35,714 nucleotides of DNA from assembly GCA_013115145.1 (NCBI GenBank), contig JAAPAO010000366.1:1-35714 (forward strand). The letters run 5' to 3'. A program made the position numbers and the translations under genes. Within the stretch, counting starts at the first letter, position 1. Each line of letters begins with the position of its first letter. Under the pieces are notes generated by a model. It searched no databases. It was not told where the DNA came from and worked only from the letters and a program-made list of their open reading frames with translations. The DNA is from Perkinsus chesapeaki ATCC PRA-425 (lineage: Eukaryota > Protista > Perkinsozoa). Of this stretch, positions 10,238-21,830 are shown one piece after another.

Positions 10238-13200
10238 ATGGCACAGGTAGGGAAAATATCTTATTTCTTCTGATCCATCTAGCAGGCGAGACCTCCGAAG
10301 ATAGATTGGGATATACCCAAAACGTATGATATTCGGCAAGCGATTGGTGCAGGGAGTTACGGTCAAGTATGTGAGGCTTACGATAGGGTAAGCGGAAGGT
10401 CGTGGGATCGATCCCCGGTGAACGCTTTTAAAGGAATGCGGATAGTCATACTTACGAGTTATATCGGCCCGTTGCAGATGTCGACCATCTGAAGATGAAA
10501 ACAATTAAAAAGCTTTCCGACCTGCTTTTACGGTTGCACTTCGCGTAACTATCGTGGAACAATTGAAAATACTGTGAGCTAACGATCACAGTGCAACGGT
10601 GACCTAGAGATAGTAGGGTTTGGAAAATAGGAAACAATCTGGTTTGGAAATGATGAAATAATCTAGTTTGGAACATCTTGTACACCTGTTAAGGAATACA
10701 GTGAATTTCAGGACTATCACAGACTAGTTGCCATCAAAAAAGTTGACGGCGTGTTTGAAGATTTAATCGATTGCAAGAGGACTCTACGAGAGATAGCAAT
10801 ACTAAACAGGTGATTAGGAAAAGCCGGACATTATGTAACCTTACTCTAGTATCGTTTTAGGCTGGATCATCACAGTGTAATAAGGCTGGTGGATTTGATA
10901 ATACCAGAGGACCTTGTTAAATTTGACGACTTTTACTTGGTAGTGTCTCAGGAAGGAGAAAACTTCCAAGGAAACGATGTCGCATTTTTTGAGATCTATA
11001 ATATTTTCCTCTCGGCGATGCATAGAAATCAGCAAGTCGATTACGGGCAGAAATTTTTCAAGACGCGTCTAGCATGTGCGGAAATTACACGCTTTAGTTG
11101 CTGGAGATTTTACACTGGTGTTGCTTTTAGGTTTTGGAAATCGTTGACAGCGATATGAAGAAGCTCTTCCGTCAACCTATATTCCTGACAGAGCTCCACG
11201 TGAAGACTTTGCTCTACAACCTTTTGGTCGGCGTCAAGTTCATTCATTCTGCGGGGGTATATCACAGGGATTTGGTAGTAAAGAGCGGTAGGAGAGCGTC
11301 GCGGGAATTCACGAAGTTTCGCGATGTTTGGATGGTGTAAGGAATTCCGTTGAGAGAAGTCATAGAGGAACGTCATGTGTTCTCAGACGAAATTCATTAC
11401 ATTGTTTTTTGTGCCAGCAACTGCCCATTCTGTGAAAGAATTGATATCATATTTCCGCACAAGGAACACTTTTTGGATCTTGGAGACAGGTTACGTTTCT
11501 GTGAGGCTAGATGAGTTGATGGCTATTGTATTTATATTTATATTCTTTCATGTACACGCTGTATTTTTGAGCATTTTATATATCATAAAAGTTGCACCAC
11601 ATGCGCCTTGAATTCTGTTTGTCTTGACCTGTAATGACTCATCATGAAACTCTCTCCAGTGTGAAGAGAAAAATATTACTTTCTAGGACGGTCACGTTAG
11701 CACTTGGAAAGTGATTAGTCTGACGTTAGTTCCGTAAGCATCGAGGGCATTCAGTCTGAGAGGGTTTGCGAAGTCTAACTTAGTGGTTTTTAGAAACCTG
11801 CGAACTGTTTGGTTGGTCAAGACTGCTCGGTGAAGATATGCGACTTTGGGTTATCTCGGGCGGTGGGAATGGAAAAGGAAGTGGCGGAGAAGAGTAGAGG
11901 GAGGAAAAGCAATGTGGAGCAGAGTTCACCTCCGAAAAGAGGTGAGGATATGCCAGAGGAGACAAAAGAGGGGGATGAGACTCCGATGGGGAAAGAGGTG
12001 ATATCAAGGGGGAGGGCGGTATGGAGCTTATTTTGACTAATATCATTAAAAAATAATCGGTAAATAGTGGGGAAATCATTTGGAAGTCTCGGAAAGAATA
12101 GTGGTTAAAGAAAATGAAAGGGGAGTATTGAAAATGGTAGCAGCAGTTGAGGGAAGTAATAGGAAAATATTAATACTACTGAGTAGGAAATAAAAAGCTG
12201 GATGAGCGATCGGTGGTTGACTTTGTTGGGATCATCCAACAATTTTCCATTTAATCAGGAAGCTTCACCTCGGCATAAGCGAAGGGAATTGAGAAGGCAA
12301 TTGACGGGTCATGTTGTGACGAGGTAATAGTGATATCTGAAACTTTAAGGGCAATCGTAGGGTCGTTATATGATACTACTAGTTTGAAATTTCCAAACAG
12401 TTTTTCTGCTTAACGATCTCGGTACGTGGTAAAATATGTTGAATTAGTTTGATAAATATGCCTGTTCATGACGATGCTGTGTATAATAGCTATACTGTCA
12501 GATGGTATCGATCACCAGAGCTTATACTAGTGGAAGAGTTTTATGATGAGGCAGTTGATATATGGAGTGTTGGGTGCATATTTGCAGAGATGATAGGTGA
12601 TAGAAGGGTGGCAATGGTACTGATAAAATATACGTTATCATCGACCTTGAAACGGAAGCACTTATTGCCATTGTTTTCGAAATCGTAATCGGGCCCGCAG
12701 TCAGGTGTTAAAAACGCCGAAATTTGCATTTTCGGTCCACTCGGGAGAATATATGATTTTCTTCCTCGTATTTTTAACCTCACATTGGAGTTGTAGTTTG
12801 TTAAAGTGTGAAGAAATGGGAAAGTGTAAGTTCTGAAATTACCTCTTCGTTCCTTTGAGTGCTTATTAAGTGGCATAAATTTGAATTAAAGATCTGAAGG
12901 CTGCTCGATGTAAATAGTGTATTCCGGTATACCGTATATATTAATATAACAAGTATCTTTATTATNNNNNNNNNNNNNNNNNNNNNNNNNNNNNNNNNNN
13001 NNNNNNNNNNNNNNNNNNNNNNNNNNNNNNNNNNNNNNNNNNNNNNNNNNNNNNNNNNNNNNNNNCGATTGGGTGAAATATAGTCCTAATGACAGAGAGT
13101 ATCTTTATTATCGATTGGGTGAAATATAGTCCTAATGACAGAGAGTATCTTTATTATCGATTGGGTGAAATATAGTCCTAATGAAAGAGAGTATCTTTAT

Positions 13201-15222
13201 TATCGATTGGGTGAAATATAGTCCTAATGAAAGAGAGTATCTTTATTATCGATTGGGTGAAATATAGTCCTAATGAAAGAGAGTATCTTTATTATCGTTT
13301 GGGTGAAATATAGTCCTAATGAAAGAGAGTATCTTTATTATCGATTGGGTGAAATATCGTCCTAATGAAAGAGAGTATCTTTATTATCGATTGGGTGAAA
13401 TATAGTCCTAATGAAAGAGAGTATCTTTATTATCGTTTGGGTGCAATATAGTCCTAATGAAAAGGAGAAGATTAAATATGTGTCACCTACTACTTGTTAT
13501 TCCTTTGGAACTCCATGCTATTCTACGGTGATAGTGTAAGTCAGGTATGCTGAAGGAGGTTGTAGCGTTCCCATCGGACAGGGGACCATTATTTCCGGGT
13601 AGCAGCTGTTTTCCATTGTCACCGGATCATAAGCATCCCACTGATCATAAAGTACTGCAGGGGGGATTCGAACCAGGGACCTTTTAGAGCGTTAAGGTTT
13701 GGTGACGAATAATGAGAATAGTAGAATGCATATTGCAAGTAGGTCTTCCACGAAACTCCAGCCTTTCACTTTCCCTCTTAAGCTTGAAATATTTGTTGTA
13801 TTATTTGGCATCATATTTACAACAGCTCTTTAATCGAGAAAAATGAGATCATTTGGAGGATACTCCCTCCTGTCTGCGCACGCTGAATATTGTGATAAGT
13901 ACTATCTTAGCGCATATCTCTGCATGAACGGTTTCATGTGAACCGATACTAAGTATGTAAAGCATTTGATAAGCTGCTCCCGCTCCCCATCGAGTCGTTC
14001 TGACCCTCGCCGATTGGTGCCGTTTCATGTGATTTGCTCGCACCGGTTTTAATTGGCAGTTTCATACTCGTGGTAATCGTGATCAACTCAATTTGATATT
14101 TAACATTATCGGCACACCCTGTAATGAGGACATCGAATCTTTTGATAGAGAAGACACTCAAGAGTAAGTGGAAGCGTTCAGGAGGGGATGGCAGCAGTTG
14201 GCTGCTGGCAGATACCTGCGCTGTTTTACTAAGCGAGATGGTATTGGTGTGAAGGACGTGTTTAGAACGGCAGCGGGTAGGGGGGAGTAGGTGTTCGGAT
14301 ATGGTTCGAGAAATGGTATGGTTTAATATCACTAAAGGGTGTGCTGCCTTCTGTGCACCCTGCCGGGCCTCCGTTACTGGCGGGAACTAATGAAGGAGAT
14401 GGGTTCCTGAAGAGTTCTTAGTGGTAACCTACTTGTAGTCCGAATAGCAGCATTTTGCTGTTGAGGAACAACGCATTCATAAGGGAAGCATATATAGCAA
14501 CTGCATATTGTTTTGTGCGAAAGAAAGTTGATTGGAAATTGATCAAAATCGCTTACATTTGCAAGTAACCTGTCTTTCACTATTTCAACGTAGAAGTCAT
14601 TTGACATACCTATTCGGAGTGTGGTTGTGAGGTTGGGTTTATTATTATGAGACTTGGTCTTAGCCGCTGCCGCGGATCTACTGGAAATGATGTTAATATT
14701 TAATTTTAAGAAGCGAGCAACAGTTAAGGAGTGCTTGGAGCATGAGTTTATTAAAGAGGTTAGAGGAGTTGAAGTTGTTGCGAAGGATCAGGTCAGGAGG
14801 GGGGGAGAGAAGGGGGGAATGCCACTTGTCTCCTTTTGGGGAGTTGGGGTTTGCCACTTGCCTCCTTTTGGGGAGAGGGGTTTGCCACTTGCCTCCTTTT
14901 GGACTTCATTGGATAGCCTTTGGATATCTTATGGTTTTCGTAAGTCCTCGTGATTGGCCCCAACTAAGTATTTAAAAGATGTCGTTGTTGTTCTGCTGAT
15001 CGTCGATTATGGATCGAATCCTTCCTGTCGTTCAAAGTCGTTATTATCGTACTTGTCCCCTCAGTCATGGAATCCACGAGCTGCTGCGATATGCATGGGG
15101 TTTTCGCGCCATGTTCACTGTCACTGTTTTAGGTGTTCTTGCCGTTCGAGCTGGAAGCCGTACTGGATGAGAATCAGCTGCGGAGGGCTATCATCTTGGA
15201 GGTACAGAAGTTCCATCCTGAG
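10238..15222 (+). CDS. MAPK2: Atypical mitogen-activated protein kinase, alveolate MAP2/MAPK2 family (TGH motif), 13 exons, about 430 aa
   Basis: Exons 10238-10246, 10286-10387, 10712-10809, 10861-10939, 11131-11274, 11794-11997, 12259-12323, 12502-12596, 13545-13651, 14060-14163, 14212-14276, 14664-14791, 15133-15222 total 1290 nt in frame. Motifs [84 protein letters not shown]. Start and final exon uncertain (possible ATT-TGA mini-exon 15888..15893). Confidence 0.93.
10619..10674 (+). repeat. Short 24-bp tandem duplication in a MAPK intron
   Basis: TTTGGAAAATAGGAAACAATCTGG / TTTGGAAATGATGAAATAATCTAG / TTTGGAAC. Confidence 0.6.
12952..13462 (+). repeat. 46-bp minisatellite in MAPK intron 8, spanning a 100-N gap
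   Basis: Unit CGATTGGGTGAAATATAGTCCTAATGAAAGAGAGTATCTTTATTAT. Eight full copies 13066..13433 plus a partial copy; the unit tail also precedes the gap (12966..13065). No spacers. Confidence 0.95.
14821..14902 (+). repeat. 31-32 bp direct repeat, about 2.6 copies, G-tract rich, in a MAPK intron
   Basis: GCCACTTG(T/C)CTCCTTTTGG starts at 14821, 14853 and 14884. Confidence 0.85.
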
Positions 15223-15354
15223 GTGAGGAATAATAGTTATTATTGGGCTCCAGCATCTTATTGGTTTATCTCACCTGCTTATTCTTTATTGGTGTAAGAA
15301 ACCAATATATTATATAAATTGAATATAGTATTTATGACCACTTTTTAATAGTGC

Positions 15355-15664
15355 TTATTAGTACTTATACTGGTATTACAGCTATACAGTATTATAATTA
15401 TTAGTACTTATACTGGTATTACAGCTATACAGTATTATAATTATTAGTACTTATACTGGTATTACAGCTATACAGTATTATAATTATTAGTACTTATACT
15501 GGTATTANNNNNNNNNNNNNNNNNNNNNNNNNNNNNNNNNNNNNNNNNNNNNNNNNNNNNNNNNNNNNNNNNNNNNNNNNNNNNNNNNNNNNNNNNNNNN
15601 NNNNNTACAGCTATACAGTATTATAATTATTAGTACTATGTATATAGTATACAGCTATACAGTT
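15355..15664 (+). repeat. 43-bp AT-rich minisatellite spanning an N gap (15508..15605)
   Basis: Unit TTATTAGTACTTATACTGGTATTACAGCTATACAGTATTATAA at 15355, 15398, 15441, partial at 15484, resuming after the gap. Confidence 0.95.
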
Positions 15665-16329
15665 TTGCAGCTGCTGGGTCAGGGTTGGGCCGTTCGCGGC
15701 AGCTCAGCACGGAGCCATACTCCTATACCTGCCGGGTTGCGGTATACATATTGCAGTATCCTGCAAACAATCATATCTAGTATTTGTATATACTGCATGT
15801 TTTTGTGTAAGGTACAAATGCCAGCGAAGTTGATGTGATGATGACATTAGACATATAATTCTGCTGTGTTGTCACTTGTTCCTATAGATTTGAGTTAAGT
15901 TTCGGAATACCTGTGGGAAGGGGCTCGGGTTTGGTCTCGTGGTTGGTCGAAGATGTACTTGCCATTGGCAAGTTGCCAATATGTGCTTTTGATAATCGAA
16001 GGGAATAATGGGATACAAGTATATAACGAGTATCGGTATTCAGTACGGATATCAGTATCATACCATATCTATTTTACACACAGTAGACAGTGACGCCAGT
16101 GTGTAGCGAGCTTATAACTATTCCAAATCCCGTTGTGTAGGTGCATAGGTGCGGCACCTAAGGTGCCTCTAGAGATGCGCGGTGTGGACGGGCAAAAAAA
16201 TATCGATAAGTATGTCGACCTTGGAGCTAGTTCCTTTTCTATTCTGAATTCTCCATACTCGATTACCCATAGATCGGGCTTGCTTCGCTCTAACTCGACA
16301 AAAAATTTTTAGCTTTTTTCGTGCCGAGT

Positions 16330-16760
16330 GGCGCTTTGGAAGGGTTTAGAAGTACAACTGAATCGCATTATCATTTTGCCCTCGCCATCCACCACTTGTG
16401 GAGCAAAGGGAGCAGATCGATATATCTCGCCCTCCAAAACCTCCTCCCCTCCTCGAGGGCCCCTTGGTCTTATGGAGCCTTTGAATTATCATTCAGGCTT
16501 CTAACTTGGAACTTGTCAGATCCACAGCTCGTGACTCAGCTCTTGCTTTTATCAGTTTTTCAACTAATGGCCCTTTATTAATGGGTATAGCATCATCAAT
16601 AAGCGATAGGATACTCTTCCCGGCGCCTGCATCAAGTTACTCCTGTAACCTGCCACAGTTGGTGTGGCATGAGACGGCACAGGGCAACAATCGACCGTTT
16701 TTATTAGTAAGCAGCTGCTGGATTATATATAAATCCAGTTGTCCTACTTGCAGTATTATT
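16330..16760 (-). mobile_element. Possible retropepsin (retrotransposon aspartic protease) relic
   Basis: Minus frame GRLLPCAVSCHTNCGRLQE*LDAGAGKSILSLIDD (motif 16609..16640) resembles the LD[ST]GAxxS protease signature, with in-frame stops. Confidence 0.35.
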
Positions 16761-16795
16761 CAATAAGTAGAACTCAAGGTCAGAAGGAGCTTGAG

Positions 16796-16828
16796 AGACG
16801 GAATGTGAAAAGCTTTCACATTCCGTCT
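16796..16828. repeat. Perfect inverted repeat, 15-bp arms, 3-nt spacer
   Basis: AGACGGAATGTGAAA-AGC-TTTCACATTCCGTCT. Confidence 0.9.
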
Positions 16829-16977
16829 TTCCAGCTTTCACGTTTCACGTTCAGCTGAGAGTACCGTGCACGCATACACAGTGTTACAAGGGCGGGCGGG
16901 GTTGAATTGGGCTGAAAAGCCGAGCTCGACTTACTAAATTGGCCTTTTTCATATCACTACAAGCTATTGTTGTTCAG

Positions 16978-19716
16978 ATACGAGGCACTTCCCAGAGACT
17001 CCCGGCCTCGCTCGAATTGCCAGTGATAATATATTTTCACGGCAACGCTTGTGACCTCGGCCACGTAAGATGGGGTTAAGATTCAGCTCCCAGCTGAAAA
17101 GAGAAACTACATTACATTACTTCCTGAGGACCCCAGGAGTAAATGTAGTTTCTCTTTTTGTAACCCCAGGCTGCCAGGCTGAGGCTGGTGTTACGTGAGT
17201 GCACTATATAACCCACTGTGGGTTACTCACACAATTCCTGTCTATCGCACAATTGTCGTACCACGTCCTACTAGCTTTATTTACTCGTCATATTCTACTC
17301 ATTGCTCACTCTGTTTACTGCTCCCTTCGGATATACTTCATCCTTGCGGTGTTTATAACACCGCATGAGTCTAGGTTAATATGCATATTCGTTATTAACA
17401 CCATCACTAACAATGTGTTGGTAATACATCTTCAGATACAGTTCGAGCTAGAGGAGTTGGCACGAGCAATAGGAGGAACAGTACTTGGCGTTGAGTAGGT
17501 AAGGGGAACCGTAAAATGCTTGTGAGCGTATCGTAGCTCTGTGGGTAATGTATGCTTCAACTCAAGATACCCAGGTTACGGAGTGCTGAACGATGGTGTT
17601 AACGTTCCTACAGCGGAGGGGATCCAAGCTGCGGCTGAAGATGCCTTCGACTATGTCACATCGAAATGGTACGCTCATTCGAACAGCAAGAAAGAGCTCG
17701 GATGAATGCTTTATTGAAAACTGCAATAGCTCTCAAGCTCAAGTTTATATGAGACCTGAGAACTGGAACAGTTGCACTTTTGTTTGAATAAAATAGAGCA
17801 TATCTGAATCATCTGTACTGTACCCGGCAAACAGTGAACTTGATTTCTCGAAATGACTTGTGAGACGATATTTGGTATTATGTCGATGCCGAGCGACAGA
17901 TCATTCCTCACCGGTGACAAGCTCTATGAAACGAGGAGGGTTGCGACCTTCCTTTCTATACACCAATATGAGCCCCGCGCCGATTCAACTGGTGTTGCCA
18001 AGATCCTTGTAGGAGATCTATAAAGCTGGTCACCGAGTTTTGATGTGACTTGAGAAAGTCGGAGAACACGAGCGCCCACCATTTATTTGCGTCCTCTCCT
18101 ATCTAAATCCATCGGGTCTCTCACGGGTCGGGACCCGGCTATCGGGTTTCGTAGCGCCGTGGGTTGGTCAACCGAGACCATTGAACGTGCGCGGAGCGCG
18201 CCCAGACCCAACCTCCCCGGCTGTGGGAGCTCCTTCCACCATCGGATGGTGGGGCTTTGCTAAAAGATGCTCGATCGTCGAGTTTTAACACCGTGCTCGA
18301 TCTGCTGTATATAGGGTGCTACTACCGAGTCGAGGCCTTCGACTCGAGCGCTGGGCTCAACCGGGGCATCATATTCGATGCCATCGAATCGAAGATTAGC
18401 CTTGCCTTGCGGAGGCACTTATGTTCATTTCAGTTGGTCAGGTCCGTGCCCCCGAGCAATATCTTTATCTTGGGCCGCTCTATCGGTTCCGGTGTTGCAT
18501 CTTCATTGGCTTACTCCCTGGCGACTAAGGGTATCCATGTTGGTGGTCTTATACTACAGAGCCCATATATTAGCATACATGATGTGGTCGATGATTATAT
18601 GGCCATTGGTGAGAGCATCATCGATTTAATAGTCACTTTGTTCGAGGACCCGCGTGGAACTTCGCACTGCTGTTCAAACGGTCGCTACATGTTTTCTATT
18701 CGAAAATAATTCTCGACATCGAGTTTCGCGGTCATCTAATCGCTTCTCTCCAATCCGAACCTAATTGGATTACCTCTGTCATTATTATCATTTATCTTGA
18801 AAGCGTTAAGCAAGTGGATCATTCTGACTTAGTTCAAAACGATTCCGCAACGTAATAGCATCTGTCTACTACCACAAGAAGAGTAAGAATGACGCATTAA
18901 GTCACTATAGTAACCCAGGAAGGCCTCTGTGAGCTCTATCACGGATAATTTGCCATACAATGGGTTAAAATGATATAATTATTGCATTAAGCAACGATTA
19001 TATGTCACTAATTGGCGTAAAACGGTCATGAAATTCAGTGACCAGGAATATATTTAGCAAAGTATGACATAATCTGAATTTGTGGTTCAACTAGTTGGCT
19101 CGAGTTTTTAGGTTACATTCCCCAACATTAATTTAAACCACTGTATGTAGTACCATTTTCAGGTAGACTGGTGGTAAATAATGAGTGGGATTCGGGAAAG
19201 TGCCTTGCGTCTGCCTTGCTGGCATCAACGCCTCTCCTTATACTGCACGGCAAGCTGGATGAAGTTATCAATGTGAGCACTCCAGTCGGTCAGAAATGGA
19301 ACAACGGATGGTATATATTCCTAAAATTGCCGCATATACGAAAGATCGGTATGAGTTGTTGTTGCGTATACAGGTTCGTCACTCCGAAGCACTATATGGC
19401 ATTGCCAGCACACCAATGAAGACCCTTGTGCTATCTGAGCTGGCATCACACAATCACTGCGATATGTATAATGACACAATTCGGTGAGCTACAGGGCGGC
19501 GGCGGCGTTCCGAGCCTGAAACGGTTGATCGATATCTCATTGGATTCGCCTAGTTAAAACACTTGTACCAGTTTTGGCGTCCTAATCCCCTCTGCGGTTG
19601 TAGTTGGACCACCTTGAACTCGGAGGAGTGGTCGACGTTTCTGAGGGCTTCAAGGAATGGTTTTCAGGCCAGTTTCGGAGTTCATTGCCAAGTACGATAG
19701 GAGTAAAAGTAGCTGA
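16978..19716 (+). CDS. ABHD17-like alpha/beta hydrolase (5' exons not identified)
   Basis: Exons 16978-17064, 17436-17494, 17567-17668, 18442-18608, 19163-19272, 19374-19483, 19668-19716 (684 nt in frame). Motifs IYFHGNACDLG, VEYPGYG, ILGRSIGSG (nucleophile Ser), LILQSPY, LHGKLDEVI (Asp), ASHN (His). Confidence 0.88.
17700..18420 (-). mobile_element. Antisense pseudo-ORF in a hydrolase intron, possibly gag-protease relic
   Basis: About 230 minus-strand codons with only 3 stops. Includes RDPMDLDRRG (about 18100, cf. PM[ED]LD at the end of gypsy gag) and NDLSLGIDII (cf. retropepsin ILGxD). Confidence 0.25.
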
Positions 19717-20106
19717 CATGACGCTTGTTAGTCTCTGAGATCTTCATCATCTACATGAGCATACTTGCTGTGTCACTGTTGAATCTTATATAACATATAT
19801 TTCCTCATTTCCGGTCGTGTTGTGTGACAGGAACTTGTTTGTTCGGTATCACTATCAAAAATGTACATAAGTTAATTAATAATATCAGACTGGCTTATAG
19901 TTTGCTAACCAACTTGCGTCAAGGTCCGTTGGCGTTTGAAACGTCTCTTTATGGCATCTGAATGATAAACCAGATATTTCCAAAGGAAATTATTCTTCCA
20001 TTTAAATAAAATGCGAATAATAAACATTTTTTCATGTTATAAGATTTCGTAACAAATTTAAAAATCCATTTTCATATATTTTTTTCAAAATCTAAATAAA
20101 CTTCGG

Positions 20107-21325
20107 ATGGAAATTTCCCGTCTTAGTTGTTGCTTTCACGTGGATGGCAGCATCGGCTGATTTCCTCACTAGTGGTTGGGACACCCTAGAGGAGCTGATG
20201 GTTGTGAAGCAGCCTCCTAATAAGTAAGTCATGCAGAACCTTACAAATGATGGACTAAATAAAATAAGAACGTTGTGATGAAATGTTGGTATTTAATATC
20301 TAACTAGATGGATTTGTACACAGCGCCGTAGGTCACCAAGAGGCACATACTGAATTGGGAGTTGCGGTTATGAAGTCTGCAGAGACAGGAAGGGACAAGT
20401 GCAACGAGACTTACATGATTAATGGGATATTACTCTTCCTGGTCTGTCTCAAGTTATTTTAATGAAACTCGAAGTTTCAAACTCCATTTTAGTACTATTT
20501 CGAAACGCCCATGGTTGTCAAGGGTATACGAGCTCTGGGGAGGAACAGTGCCAAACTAGTGGTGGGTGGGTATGATTATAGAGTGTCAACCACCCGGATG
20601 AAACGTAGGTCTCGTTAGAGGCCCTGGTCAATTTTAGCGCAAACGGGGAGTATCAGCGCGCAGCTGTAAAAATGCGCACGCGTCGGTAGTTAGTTCGTGA
20701 GTGTTTCAATCCAAGGTTTTGGTATTAGCGAACATCGAATAGGCGGGAAGCGCGAAAGTATGGTGAAGTGTAGTCTTAGGTTCGCCATCTTGAGGACTGT
20801 AGGATCAATAAGACAGAGTTTTTGATCTGGGAGCTTCACGTGGGAGCAACTAATTGACGTCACAAATTAACAAAACAAGCAACGAGTCCAGAAATTGTGG
20901 TTCCGGTTAACCACCAAGACAGATGAACTGAATAACGGGTTACGCAACGAGTACAATAAGCTTCACCGGCAAATGTAAATGACGCCATGAAACCATTGAT
21001 TCACTCATTGGCATCTACGTTCACTTCGAGCTTAGTAAGCCTCCGCTTTGGAACTAATAAGCGATGCTCATACTAATGAAGAGAACCATTTAAGCGAAAC
21101 CACGAGGATGATAAGGGAACTTCAGGGTGCACCGGAGTGACCTCTATCCGATACCGAAATGCATCACTGGCAACAACAAATGGGGGTCTTTCCATGACAG
21201 TATTTGAAGTCACGGGCACAGCGCTGCCCTTTGGGGCACTGGAGAGGACAGCAGTCATGACAGCAAGATTCACCGAGGTCAGAGAGGAACTCAATTCCTC
21301 TAGCAGGTCTTCTGAACGAGGATGA
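20107..21325 (+). pseudogene. Putative secreted protein, frameshifted after the ATG (pseudogene or assembly error)
   Basis: ATG-G-AAA-TTT-CCC: removing one G gives MKFPVLVVAFTWMAASA-DFLTSGWDTLEELMVVKQPPN. Donor GTAAGT at 20224 joins in phase to exon 20324-20441 (AVGHQEAHTELG..KCNETYMING). Later coding-like pieces at about 20785-20935 and 21080-21325 are not firmly joined. Confidence 0.35.
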
Positions 21326-21830
21326 GGCTGGCAAGATCACTGTGGGGATAATTAGGAGCAGAGAGCGGACTAGCATTATTGGGTTGATAAAAATGAGATT
21401 CCACTGCGAAAGAAAATGATAGTCCGTAGCAAGTCATCATAACTCCATATTGTACTCTGTTGAACCCCATGGCGCGGCGCCAATTGCGCCGCCCTCTTGA
21501 GGCGCTCCGGTTCCATGGGAAGGCGGAGTTAACATTAGTCGTACTTTCGATACTTCATTGCCTTACAAAACAGGGCGTCGTTCGTCCGTACCGCCTCGCG
21601 GACGGACATCGGTCGTTCTTGTATTTGTATCATCGTTTATGTGAAGTAATCAACCAACTACTTGAAGGCATTTGATATCTGCTTCTTCGTAAAAATATTT
21701 TTACACCTGTCGGAGTAGTTCTATTAGCCTGTTTTATGTAGGTGGATGTTCTGGGATCTTCCAACAGAGTTATGGATCTCTGACATATCCTTATATCTCC
21801 AAAAAACCCTCCCCTCCGGAATTGATGACT

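Noticed and set aside
13066-13433. 46-bp repeats as a CRISPR array
   Set aside because: Units abut with no unique spacers, they lie in a eukaryotic intron, and there are no cas genes.
18050-18260. RNase MRP/P RNA in the hydrolase intron (GAAAGTC ... GGGGCT)
   Set aside because: The P4 pairing needs GAAAGTCCCC; here it is GAAAGTCGGA, so the helix cannot form.
21474-21492. GCGGCGC-CAATT-GCGCCGC hairpin as a terminator
   Set aside because: Only 7-bp arms, no U-tract, and bacterial-style terminators are not expected here.
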